DNA of 64,000 nt from Camelus dromedarius. Its lineage: Eukaryota. Positions within the stretch are counted from its first letter, which is position 1. Each line of letters opens with the position of its first letter. Below the pieces are notes generated by a model. That model was not told where the DNA came from, did not search any database, and saw only the letters and a list, made by a program, of their open reading frames with translations. The stretch spans positions 33,482,001 through 33,546,000 of the forward strand of contig NC_087437.1 of the NCBI RefSeq assembly GCF_036321535.1, given 5' to 3'. Both the position numbers and the translations under genes were made by a program. Shown here piece by piece: positions 1-12,410 of this stretch.

Positions 1-99
1 GGGTGAAAGCATGGTCAAGCGCTTTGCAGACTTGGTCCATTCAGGATGATACATAGGAGTGCCAGAGGTCCAGAGAGGACTGCTTTCCAACAGGGACAA

Positions 100-420
100 G
101 ATCTCACCTGGGGATTCTAGGAAGGCTTCCGTAAGGAAATTATATTTAAGAATGGGATTGGAAAAAAAAGATCAGGGTGTTAATCAGGCAAAGGAGAATG
201 TGGGTGAGAAGACCCTGTGCAGAGAGGAGAGCCTGAGCAGTCGGGTTGTGATATTTGGAAGTCCGGGGAGGCTGAGGGGCATCAAATGAGGAGCTGGGGA
301 CGGACAGTGAGATTGGAGAGCTGGGCAGGGCAGATCCCACAGAACCTGGTAGGACATATTAAGGATTTTGATCTGCATACAAGACTGATGGGAAACCATC
401 AGAGAGCTCTAAGTGGTAGA
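100..420 (-). mobile_element. LINE-2 (L2) relic
   Basis: Purine-rich degenerate sequence (gaaggcttcc...gagattggagagctgggcagggcagatc...aaggattttgatct) resembling the antisense strand of the L2 3' region; boundaries approximate. Confidence 0.55.
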
Positions 421-1554
421 AAATGGAACTGTTTATTAGAATAATAAAACTCCTCTTTAAAATGTTGACAATCAAGAAGAATTTTCTATCTGTAATTAGG
501 ACTATAAATAATGAAGTAGCTTACATCATTTGCATTAGAGCCCATATTTACTTTGAGAAATTTCTGATTAGCCAAGAGAGTAGAACAAATATTGTTAAAA
601 TATAGTAAATATTTTCAGGTAATTAAAATTGAAAATTGATATTTGAATAAATTCTCTTTACAAGTTAGAGATAAGATTTTGATAAATAAATTACCAACCA
701 AAGTCGTATTTTCCTTCCAGATCAGCTATATGCAAAGCACAGTGATAGACCCTGCTAGAATTATTTAGATATCTCATACACTCAGATTTTAATTATATGT
801 TAAGTCATGAATTTGTCTACTTTTATGAAATAAATTATTTATGATGACATATTAGAACATGTTCCATTGCCCTTTTATTACTTTGAATGTGTGCAGTTTA
901 ATCAGGTCCAGTTGTACCTTTTTGTTGTTGCTAAAGGAAATGAAAATGAAGGATTAAGGTCCTCCTTTAGTCTGTCTATCCTGTCTGTTCATTTGGTTGG
1001 AGTAACTCGAGGCATGGAGTAATTGACTATATTGCATTTTGCAGAGTCCTCACCAGTCATGTCTCTGCAGTCTAACTATGTTATTATTCTGTTTCCTCCA
1101 TTGAACAGCTGGTTGTCACAGTTCCTTGAAATGGAGGGTAATTATTTGACTCAATTTTGTTTTTCAGTTTTCAGTCTTAGTCAAAAACCAGCGACTGCCA
1201 GTTGAACTGATCATGGTTCAGTCCATTTCCTGAGGGTTCCCAGGGATCATTCAGAGGTGAAAACTGCTTGTTATTGGTACCCCCAAGAGAACATGGGATC
1301 TAGTGTTCTTCACAGCAGGTACCCACGGCCCCAATAACTATCAGTGAGAAGGCTGTGTTGTTTAGATATTGATGATGGTAAATGCTTGAAGAGCTGGTTG
1401 TCACCTAGAGGCCATGTACTAGGGACACAGAACTTTTATTTTAGGACTTTATTGCCAAGTGATGGCTCAAAATTTGTAGTATTGGCTTTGTCACATCCTA
1501 GTGAGCCTTTTTATACTCTTAATGATTTGATCCTTACAAGTGATTTTTTAAGCT

Positions 1555-1627
1555 ACAGACATACAGTCTGAGAGGATCCAATTATTGGATATCTCAATAA
1601 TTGGATCCTCTCAGACTGTATGTCTGT
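1555..1627. repeat. Perfect inverted repeat, 33-bp arms and 7-nt spacer
   Basis: 1555-1587 ACAGACATACAGTCTGAGAGGATCCAATTATTG is the exact reverse complement of 1595-1627; spacer GATATCT. Confidence 0.98.
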
Positions 1628-1628
1628 G

Positions 1629-1652
1629 TATATATATATATATATATATATA
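1629..1652. repeat. (TA)n microsatellite
   Basis: Direct reading; flanked by GTG/CAC, so the tract is itself palindromic. Confidence 0.95.
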
Positions 1653-2759
1653 CACCTTCAATATCTATTTCTATAACTGATACATATTAGGTTTTGGTAG
1701 TTTAAGGGGCCATGTGTTTGTCATCATTGTGCCCAAAATGATTTCTGTGAAAATACAAGATTCAGTCATAGTTGAACAAACTGCTTTGGCTCTGCTATTG
1801 CTTGTATTAACCAGCAGACTTGTACAGTCATACCCATACATCAGCTCTTGGGAAAGAAAACCTGTGTTTTGGAACAAAACACTGAAGTCACCATCCTGGT
1901 GTCACATCGCCCATGGTAAGATGTGAAGAAGTCACTCATGGCATTTGGTATGCAATGCTTATAAAGCCGAGTCATGTGGCCCAGAGCAGGCTGCATTTAA
2001 AAATAAGGGCCGAAATGAAGTCTTTATTGGTATTTCTCCCATTTAAAGAAATCCAAGGACTTGTCCACACAGATTCCTAAGGTTCTTTCTATTCTTCAGT
2101 AGTCTGAACCTTCTGATGGCTTCTGACCTCCCCCTGCTCCCTGCCATCCCAGAAGAACCTCCTTTCTCATCTGTGCTGACTTTTGTCTTCATCACTCAAT
2201 TCCCCTTGCTTTCACTGCGCTTTCCTGCATGCTACCTCATATCGTATTGTACACCCTCCACAGACAATTGTCATTGTTCTCAGAGAAGCAGGGTGAAGGT
2301 TAGGAGGGGAAGCTAACCTATGCATAGATGCCTAAGTGGTCTTCACAAGTTGAGGGAAGAGAAGGCTGTGAAACTCCACATGTAAATGATTACCTTCAAA
2401 ATAAGTAGGAACAGGTGTTTGCTTCAAAATTCTAATCAGTCAATTCTTAATGTGTTCTATAGGAATATTGGAGCCAGGAGGTATAACAGACATCCGGGAC
2501 GAAATAGATGCTGTCATAGGTGAAGTGAACCACACCAGCTTGTACATTTATTTATTCGCAGATCCAGGACCAGAACCCAAGCCTCTTGACCCTTCACTAT
2601 TACTGTGATTATGCAAAATAGTTATTTGAAGAGTTTTCAGTTATGTGCAAGCACACATTAGACGTGAGGTTTTGTGTATGCAAGTGCAGGATAGCTAGCA
2701 AAACTTTGGCATGATTTGGGAATCAAAGATCTCTGATACTGACCATAGGCAGAACAATG

Positions 2760-2950
2760 TTGTGTTGGACAAATCCTTCAATGCACATTATCTCATGTGT
2801 CTTCACAATAACCCTGTCAGGTAAGCTGACAGATAGTATGAGCCTTATTTCACCAGTGAAATATTGAGGATCAGAGATGCTACATGACCTGTTCCTGGTC
2901 ACACTGCTGGGTGGGTCACTGAGCCACAACTCACTCCGAGCTCTTTTGAC
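2760..2950 (-). mobile_element. MIR SINE
   Basis: cacattatctcatgtgtcttcacaataaccctgtcagg...tgaggatcagag...ggtcacactgct matches the reverse complement of the MIR core. Confidence 0.7.
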
Positions 2951-3959
2951 CTCTGGTCTGTTTTCAGCCTTTCTGCTATATTCTATCTGTGGACACACAC
3001 AATTCCTGTTGTCTCTCGTACCATTGTGTGTAATGGGTCTAACTCTGCAGGATCTTGCTATCTTCTTTGGGTAGAAAAGACAATCTTACTACCTATAGGA
3101 GAAAATAAATCAGTGGCTCTTATCATTAAAAGAAATTTCTTTATTTTAAGATAATTGGATATGAAGAAATGAATAGCTTGATTTCACATAAGGAAAATGT
3201 TTGTACTCTTTTAACTTGCTTAAATTATTTCTACCTTTTCTTCCAGCACTGCTCACAGATAGTTAAAAGTCTCTGCAGTAGGAAATCTGAGTGATCATAT
3301 TCTTCTTCTTTCCTTTTTCTTTTTTTCCTTTTTGCAGCTGTCTCACTCTGAGCTTGAAGCGATGAGATCACCCTCTGGCACCTTTCATTGGTGTTACTCA
3401 GGTCAGCAGAAAGTTCTGCCTCCTCTGTGTGTCAGGAGCTTCAGTCTTTTGCTCTCTTTGAAATCTGACCTCTGAACAAGGCTGTAACATCCAGGATATA
3501 GTAGCTGAATGGATTTATTTCATATTGTTGCTATGGTGATTCCCTACCAGTATAGACAGAAAATGAAGAAGGGAAAATAGCGTGTTGAAGAGAACAGTGG
3601 AGAAGCTGGTCGGACTGCAGAGAAGCCTTGCAGGGCTGTGGCAGCATGGGTGGCCAGCCCGTCTATTCATGGGTAGAGTCATGTCTCTTTAGTTGACTGT
3701 TACTTCATCCAGAGTGATCACCTACAGCCCATTTGCTTTTGAGAAGGAGCAGTGAAGTGTTTTTGTTACCTGGGTAAAAAAATGTATCCATCAGCAGCCT
3801 TAAAATTTCCCCCTCAGTTTTTTCCCTCTTTTTTTGAGACAGGAAGCATTTTGATTCTTGAAATAACTCTCAAGGTTATGCTTTATTAAGTATGTTTTTT
3901 GCAATCATAAGGGAAAGACTTTCATCTGGAGAAAAAGTAGGTGAATCAGTCCATTTTTA

Positions 3960-4460
3960 CTGTGTTTATTCATTCATGTCTCCAACTTTCTATCCATTCT
4001 TTCATTCAACAAATATTTTGATCCTCTATACCAGGTTCCAGATATATATGAATAAATTCAATAAATGTTAATAAATGTAGCAGGTATTTATTGGGCTTTA
4101 ACTACATGCAAGACAATGTCAATATACAGGTTGAAGTAGGATGCACAGCTGAGCAGTTTGCCCTCAAAGTGATTATATCCTGGGACAGGGTGGAGATTTT
4201 AGACCCACAACCACCATAATGCAGAGTATATAGTCAACAGAGCGGTTGAGTAGCTGCCTCAAGGAAGGCTACATGAAGGAGATACTTGGGAGAAAATTAA
4301 GGGCAAGTAGGATCTTGATAGGTGTGTGGTGGTGGGAAGGGTAGAAGAATAACTGGAGGGAAATGCGTACAATTGTGATGGGAAAGGGTCAGTTACGTTG
4401 GCTTCCTCTAGCCTTGGATATTGATGATGTTTGTAGAAACACTCTTCACTATCCACTTAC
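3960..4460 (-). mobile_element. L2 relic (3' end)
   Basis: ttcattcatg...cattcaacaaatattt is the reverse complement of the L2 3' terminus, followed by purine-rich L2-like sequence. Confidence 0.5.
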
Positions 4461-4899
4461 ATTACTGGCCTTTGGAAGGTATGATCTCAACTTGAAATGT
4501 GGGAAGACTGGGGCAAAACGAAAACAAAGGTGCAAAATAAAAAAAGAACTAGGTACTAGCTCTAGCTTGAAGATATGGCAAATTGATGCCCTTGGTTTGG
4601 GTGGAGGTGCGGTTGAGAAGGCTTTGGAAGTAAACATTTGGAGCAGCTCACAGAGTGTGGAAAAAAGGAGGAGGCAGTGTCAGTGCAATAAAGTCGAATA
4701 CCAAGCAGGGTACAGCCAGTCCTTTCACACCCCTAGGCACTGTTTTCCCGCCTTCCTTCCCTCTTGGAGCTCTTGCGACTTTAGATGGCAGCCTTAGGAA
4801 TAAATTAAGAGAGGTGAGTTCCACTCCTTCACTTCGTAAGACAGTCTTCCCGTAACCCTGCCCTCACAGTACTGATGCCATAGACAGCGAGGGGCAAAA

Positions 4900-5015
4900 A
4901 TCCAGAGTACATTCAGGTTCCAAGCCTGGTTCTGACACTTACTCTGTATTTAACCTCAGGCAATTCTGTGAACTTCTCAAGACTTCAGGTTTCTCATTTA
5001 TTAGGATAATATAAT
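4900..5015 (+). mobile_element. MIR SINE
   Basis: ggttccaagcctggttctgacacttact...ctcaggcaat...cttcaggtttctcatt resembles the MIR core. Confidence 0.55.
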
Positions 5016-6176
5016 GTCTTAGCCAAAACATTACACAGAAGCACGACGTTAGAATCAGAAAGGACTGTAATGGTTTAAAATATATTTTCAGGTACATAAA
5101 TAAAAGCCTCAGACATAAAGGAAGTATGTTAATTCTCGCTTCATTAATTCAAAAGCTGTGTAATTCTGAGCACTTTGTGATTTCATCATATTTCTCACCC
5201 AGGATTAAACAGTCAAGGGCTGTCAGGTGGGCTTAGCGTCTCAGGACTTCATTACTATTAAAAATACACTTTGAAGAATTGTTATAAATAATTAAAATCA
5301 GTGTCAGCCATTAAACAAACAAAGGCCGCATCCCTGTTTTTCACATTTATGAATTCAGTAACATTCCTCACTCAACGCCAGGATTTAGCCTTGAGAAAAT
5401 TCGATTCATTTTTCACGTTTGTATAATTTCCCTTTAATATGTCAATGTAGAATTTATGCTAATTTTTACTGGAGTCAAACATTCATAGCAAAATGAGGTT
5501 TCACTTGCACTCCTTTAATTTAAGGATGGGGGAGCGGACAGAAGTGCTTGTTTCAGTGAAAGGGGTGTGATTTATTTATTTGCTCCAGGAATTCGGACTG
5601 AATTTAAAATATTCATTAAGGCATAAAGACTATCATTTCCAGCAGGTTGTAAAGCATGTGATCTGCTGAACCCAAGGGCTTTACTTTTTAATCACTGCCT
5701 TTGTCCCTCCCCTTCCTCATGGTATGCCGAGCCAGAACAATAGGTTATGTTCCCACATAACAGAAAGTACAAGATCTCCAAGAACAAGTGTCAGTTTCAT
5801 TAACGTTATCTGCCCTCTCTCAGAACTTAACACTCTTGTTAGGGGACTGAGCTTGACTTTGTGACCTTAGACAAATCTCAGCCAAAACTTCCCCAGCTTT
5901 TCTTCCATTTTGGTGAAGGTTAAATTAGGGGTGGGGAATTAAGGAGGGAAGTAGCATAATAATTATTGCTAGGAAATAATCACCATGATTGGATTTTTTT
6001 GTCAACTGTCTCAGTTTATTCCAAGATAAGCAATATATGAATTCTGCATGGTGTTTTGTCTCCTTAGTTTTTACATCTGCATCTCTCTCTGAAACTTACT
6101 AAAAAAGAAATGACGTAAAGTTTCTAAGGATGCTGACAATAGTGAGAGAACTGTAGAAATGCAAAATTCGTTTGTA

Positions 6177-6348
6177 CCAGTGGTTTTCAAAATGTGGCCT
6201 CCGAACCAGCAGCACCCATAGAACTTGGAAACTTGCTCAAAATGCAAATTCTTGGGCCCCAGTCCAGACCTACTGAATCAGAATCTTTGTACCTATCCAG
6301 CCTCCCAGGTGATTCAGATACGCACAAGGTACAGCTTGAGAGCCACAG
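6177..6348. mobile_element. MER5A-like hAT-Charlie MITE
   Basis: cagtggttttcaaa...aaatgcaaattcttgggccccagtccagacctactgaatcagaatct...ccaggtgattc...ttgagagccacag, with terminal inverted repeats. Confidence 0.85.
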
Positions 6349-8584
6349 ATTTACAGCATTCGATGCATTCTGATACGTTCACTTGAACTAAAATTGAATG
6401 GCATGTGACTATAGGAAAGTGAGATTACCTGGCTATATCATTATATTTATTTTATTCTTTACTTCCTATTCTTGTTTCCCATGATTCTGTGACTCTTATA
6501 ACTAATCTTTAAGAAAAAATTCATTAAATTTTAATTTGAATGGTGGACACTTATTCAAGGATAAAAGAAGATGGTAGTCAAAAGTGATTAGAAACAATTA
6601 TGTAACAATTATGTGGCATAGACTCTATCTGTGTCTTAGCAGGAATATAACTAACCTTAAAAATGAATGTTTTCTCTTTATTTTTGGCTGCTAGGGATCT
6701 CACAGCCAAATCTCAAGATCTAATGGTCTCCTTCCTAGTTCTCTTTTAATTTTCCACCTTTATTTTCCCTTTGCCCCAATTTCCCCACACAATGATGTTA
6801 TCACTTTTAATATTTTGAAAGGTCAGATATTAAATAAACAGACTTGTTCGTTGGCATGAGTTGTATATGAATATCCCTGATACCATTTCCTTGTGTCAGT
6901 TCTCAATTTATTTACTTTATGTACAAAGTGAAAACTTCATTTGGGATGTACTTGAGAGAACCTGTAAAACATGCTTAAATATCTAGGCTCATTTTTATCT
7001 GATAACTCCCACGTACTCATCTTTCTAGTACAAAGTGATCCATTAACTTAAATACATTGAAACTGAGAAGTCCTATTTACCTCTTATAGGCACTGTCTTT
7101 CCCTAATGGCAGTGAAATTTTTCATCAAAGATTCCCTTGCCTTCAAAGTCATTCTTTTTGACATTGCAAAATCACCTCTACCTAATGGCTTTATTAACCC
7201 GTTGAGAACCAAATTGATGTAAAAGAGGGATTTTTCTTGCAAGCGCTTTTATTTAAGATGGAGAATATCATAAAATTTTCAGCTTTCAGGGAAATTCGGA
7301 CGCACCGCGCCCGCTCCTTCAGGTGGTCTGACACGTTCTGACAGCAGCGCCGTCGTTAACAAAGTCAGGGTGGAGTCTGATGTCGGCCATGTAATCTGGG
7401 GCACCAAAGCCCTGTTTTATTTAACTTAGGGATGACACCTCTAACAGTTCTTAATTGTGTCAGATCTGTGCAGCAAACACAAATATTTAGGGGAGGATTC
7501 ATCCTCCTGTATGTTTTGTAATGAAGCTTGTGAGCCCACTAAATAATTAAAATAAACAAATGAAGACTAATTTGCTTTTAATTTTTACCCAATCCACATT
7601 AGTTAATAATTTACAAGGTAAAAATGAATAGAAGATCAAAATGACTTCTCTTCCAGCTCCCACACTGGCAGGATCGCAGAGATTCTGCCTTATTGACTGT
7701 TCATTTGTAGTAGAAATAACCCCAGAGAAAACAGTGTTCAATGTGAACCAGGCTTTAATAAAAGGAGCAGCAGACTCCGGAGGTTTTTTCTATTTCCATA
7801 TAATCCCAGGATCATTTGTCTGGAGCTGTTTTTGAATTATTCATACCAACGGTAGCTCTTTCAAATATTGCATGTGAACGGCTTCTATCGTACAGTTTCA
7901 TAGGCAGTGTCTTTTTTTGCTGGCATTTTAAAAATAGAATTTTTTTCCTATTCCAGATTGCACTCAGGTGCTTCCGGGTGGGGTTGTACTAGTAAAACAT
8001 TAAACATTAAGAGGCTGTATGGGGCCGATTCTAAGACTTCTCTAGGTAAAAGAGGAGAGAACTATGAGAGGAAAGTAATATTCTTGAGAAAGTGTCCTTT
8101 GTTTGGACTTAACTTTTGAACATCTCAGCGTAGTCTCCAGTGTGAGCATTGTTCAGGAGACTAGCGTTAACATTCATTGCAGTCTTAACTCAGGTCAGTT
8201 GGATTGAAGGGATTTACTCTGCTGATCCTATTGTTCTTATGCCCCATTTGGCATCAAGCTTTGAGTCTGTTTGCAGCCTTCAAAAGAAAAACAAGGCTCT
8301 TTATGGAGGCCTCCCAGGGCAAGGAGACACAGCTACCCTGTACTCCTCCTAGGTCATCTCTGCCCACCTCTCCCCTCCCTTTATAGGTCAGCCATTCCCG
8401 GGTCCTTGAAATTCTCCATCCACCAGGAAGATTCTTGGCCTCTTTTTTTTCACACTCATCACATTTGCTTAGGATGCCAGCCTACCCCACCCCTGACACC
8501 CCATTCTCCCTGTGGTAACCTCCTTCCTGCTCCTTTAGACTTAGGTTAGAGCTCATCTCCTCTTCCCCAGAACTGGTTGATGAT

Positions 8585-8935
8585 TGCCTGGGGTGGAGAG
8601 GTTCCCCATGAGCAAACCCTAAGCCAGGGATTTGAGTGCAAGTAGCCTTTTGGGAAGTAATTCCAAGAAGGACTGGTAGGCAAGTGGGAGAGAGAGGGAA
8701 GTGAAGGAAGCCAGTGCGAGGTGTGTTATCAGCAGTTTCCCATGGGCCTGCTGGGGAACTCGGAGCCACATGGGGAGAAGCAGGTTGAAGTACATCCTCC
8801 AGTTCCCATCCATCACTGGCTGAGGGCCACTCATGGAGGCACTGAACCCCCGCCAGTTCTGGCCTGTGCAGGTCATGGGAAGAAGACTGGTAGGGGATTG
8901 CAGGTGTGTTCAGTAGGACACATAGCATATCCTGG
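8585..8935 (-). mobile_element. ERVL-type solo LTR (LTR16/LTR33-like)
   Basis: ggttccccatgagcaaaccctaagccagggatttgagtgcaagtag...tgggaagtaattcc resembles old ERVL LTRs. Confidence 0.6.
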
Positions 8936-8994
8936 AGCGTGAGAGCCAAGGAGCTATATGTGGGCACCAGAGCATATGTTGCATTGCCCCTGCC

Positions 8995-8996
<2 letters not shown>

Positions 8997-9026
<30 letters not shown>
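8997..9026. repeat. (AC)15 microsatellite
   Basis: Direct reading. Confidence 0.97.
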
Positions 9027-9031
<5 letters not shown>

Positions 9032-12000
9032 GTGCTGTGCTTCTGTGCATTGAGAGTAAGAAACTGCTTCTTGCCTCTGCATCCTCTGTATCCTGCACAA
9101 TGCCCAGGACACAGTAACTCTGCAGTGAACACGTGTGGAAGCAGTGAGTGTGGAACAACGGGGTGATTCTATCAGGCAGATGCACCTGCAGTTTTGATTT
9201 CTGACCTGCCTCATGGGCACACTCTGTCCATTCTCAAAGCACCTTCCCCTCTTTCCTCTGTCCCCGGTTCTCATGGTTCGGAGAGAGTCACGTCCAGTGT
9301 CCCAGAGACTACCCTGGTGCTTTCTTATTTCTACTTTTAGAGGAATGCTGCAGCCAGTCCCACCCGCACTCTCCAGTGTGCCGGCTCTGTCAGGCCGAGT
9401 GAGGTGGGAAAGTGCTGGGGGAGCTCTGTGGTGGGGTGGACATGGAATTGGTGCCAGGGTTTTAGTCCCTGTGCTGCTTTCTACCTTCCACTTCAAACAC
9501 ACTGGAATTGGATGGCAGATACCCCCAGAGCCCTGCTCTTTGTAAGGAACACAACCTGTCTTCCACCAAAGCAATGGGCAGGGACCCCTTTACTGGAAAC
9601 AGTGATCTTAGCCTGGAGGTGTGGGGAGCCCACTCACATCCTCTGTGCCCTCCCTAAATGCCGCCTGCCCTGTGCTTTGGGCCACAGGTCCTAGATCCAG
9701 CCTACTGGGCCTGTGCCTTCTAATTGGGTCTGACTGGCTGGGCTCTGTCCTTAGAATTGCTGCAGCCACCCAGTCGTTTTCTCTCAGAGCTCATCCCCCC
9801 AGGGCGGCCAGCCTGTCTTTGTTTCGCCACCTTCCACCTGCTGTGCTGGCTGCTCTTTTACCTGCTTCCTGTATCCCCAGTCTGTCCTCTGTGGAGCTGC
9901 CTCTCCTGGGGCCACAGCCCTGAGCGAACTCCCATCAAGTCACTTAACAAAAACCCCCCAAAACAGAGGGACTCCTTCCAAATCTCAGATTCAAATTCTG
10001 TGACCTGAGGCTGTCTCCCGCCACCCCTCCCAGCCACGGATGCACCATTTCTAAGTTTGCAATCTGAGCTCACCTTGGTGAACTCTGAAGGGTTCAAAGT
10101 CCTCTGGTGCATAAGGGGGTTGGGAAGGCAAAAATGATTCCTGCCTCCAGGACCCACTGTCTGTTTAGGGAGATGGCCACCAACTGGCCCTGCTGGCAGA
10201 AGAGGATGTGAAGACCTATTCCTAGACATTGTGCAGTCACGATGTCTGTGAAATCAGGGCAAAGTGGCTGTAGGGGGGATTTTGTTGTGCTGGGAAGTAA
10301 GTGCTGAGCTGAAAAAGGCTGCTAATTCTGGCTCCCTGAGGCCCTGGTCTCCCTTTTCTGAAGAGCCCAACCTCCATAGTCGGGTTCTCTCGGCATCCTG
10401 CTGGGTTGTAAGGGAGGCTGTAGGGGACTCTTCAGGTCCCTCTAAAACCAGTTACCATGTGTCTGGACTAGGGGAGACCACGGGTAATTAAAGGCAGACT
10501 GAAAACCTGGGGTTAAATACTAGCTCAGCCATTCATTGTGTGATTTTTCCTCTTCAGACCTTGATTTCCTCACCTGTAACATGGGACGAAAGACTGCTTT
10601 TCAGTGTCACGTGAGAACTAATTCTACATACAGTTATTGCGTACTTACTGCAGTCCAGGTTGCTGTGTTAAGCTTGAGGGGAGGAGTGCACAGAAAAATT
10701 AGACACAATCTTTGTCCGCATCCCCAGTTTACATTCTACTAAGGAAGGTAGAAATGGGGACAAATAATGACACCATAGTCTGATAAATGCACCAGTGGAT
10801 AAAGTGAATTAATAATTTGCTTGGAAGTTTCTGTAAGATTTATTTTTCTCCTCCTAAGTAGAAAAGGGTCTACTGCAAAGAGGTGAGATGAGGCAGTACA
10901 CCACAGGACACCGACCTCTGGAGAGTTGTCAGCGTTGTTCTGTGCAAAGGCAAGTGTAATCCATACCTTACAGCTGAAGGAATTATGTTGTATCCTATAA
11001 TAGGAAGTCAGATTAATAACCTTGAGTCATTATGAAAAGGTTATATTCATGTTTAAGTGTCAGAGAAGTATAGAGTATATTTTAGAACATGTTCTGTCTC
11101 CAAACATTCAAAATAATTTTTTAATTTTTAATTTTTTAGAGAATATTTGGCACATCCCCCTTCCTCCACCCCCTAGTTTGGGAATGTGGACTTCTTTTTT
11201 AGTTCTGTATCCCTAGGGCTGGCACAGTTCTGGGCACAAGACAGGTGCTTAGGAAATATTAGATGGATCAGTGAATGAAGCAAAAAAAGTGAATAAAGGC
11301 TTCAAGGTAGATAATTTAAAAGCTGAGTTTGGGTAATCTACTAGACAGTGAGGTAGAAAGAATACCAACCACGGAATGCATGGGTCTGGGAGCTAGTTGG
11401 CTCTGCCAGTTTTTAGTTACATAAATATTGCAGGCAATGAGCCACATGGTTTAGTCAGATGTAAAATAGGATGTCTGTTGCTTTATCACAGGACTGTTGT
11501 GTATGTTAGATACAATAATATTTTGATGGAGTTATGAAAAGTATATAGAATTAGATAAAACTTTCAGGGAGAAACAAAATCAAAATCTTACCATGTATCC
11601 TAAATGCATCCTGTACCAAAATCTTACGGTGCCCTTTTAATAGTAGATTAAGAAAATTTTCTGTGGATGATCTCTTAACCAGCTTTCCTTTTATCAACTC
11701 CCCAGTAACTGAAACTCTCCACTCCCTCTATAAAATATTCTGATAGATGCACACAGCACAGTGAATGTTCAGAATTACTATACCTATGACTGTCTGCTAC
11801 AACAATTGAGTTGTTTGCTTGTCAAGAGTGCTGATTACTGTATCTGTTTATTCCAGTTTATTCTTTTATTCAGCATGTATTTCTAGATCATCTGCTCTGT
11901 GCTAGATATTGTTTTAAGTATTAGAGATATGGCAGGGACCAATGCTCATTGTATTCTAGTTGTATTTATTTTTGTAATTATGTAATTTAGTTAACTATTT

Positions 12001-12199
12001 CATCAACTAATGAAAAATAAGTGTGAAAGGAGAATGCTGGCTTTTATGAAAATGAGCAGTTATAGTGGACATCTGTCCTTTATGACCACACAAGATCTTT
12101 AAAATTTCTGTGTCTAAAGTTTCCATTTCTCTTGCCACCTGGGATCTACCAGTCAGATGCTCCTGTAAATAAAGGACATGAGACTGGATATGGGGCATC

Positions 12200-12410
12200 T
12201 GTTTTGCATTGTGTATGGTTCTAGGATTGGCTGTGGTGTCAGTTGCTCAGATCAGTTCTGTGATGTAATTCCAGAAAGTTTAGTTTGAGCCTACTTTTAC
12301 ATCTCCTCCCTCCCCAAATTCTGTATGTCTCCAAATATTTCTTAATAAATTCCTTTTCTTAATGAATCAGCCATAATGAATCCTGTTGCTTGCAACCAAG
12401 AACCCCAAGC
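12200..12410 (+). mobile_element. MaLR/ERVL LTR 3' part (MLT1-like)
   Basis: aataaattccttttcttaa...tcagcc...ctgttgcttgcaaccaagaacc is a typical MLT1 LTR end. Confidence 0.6.
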
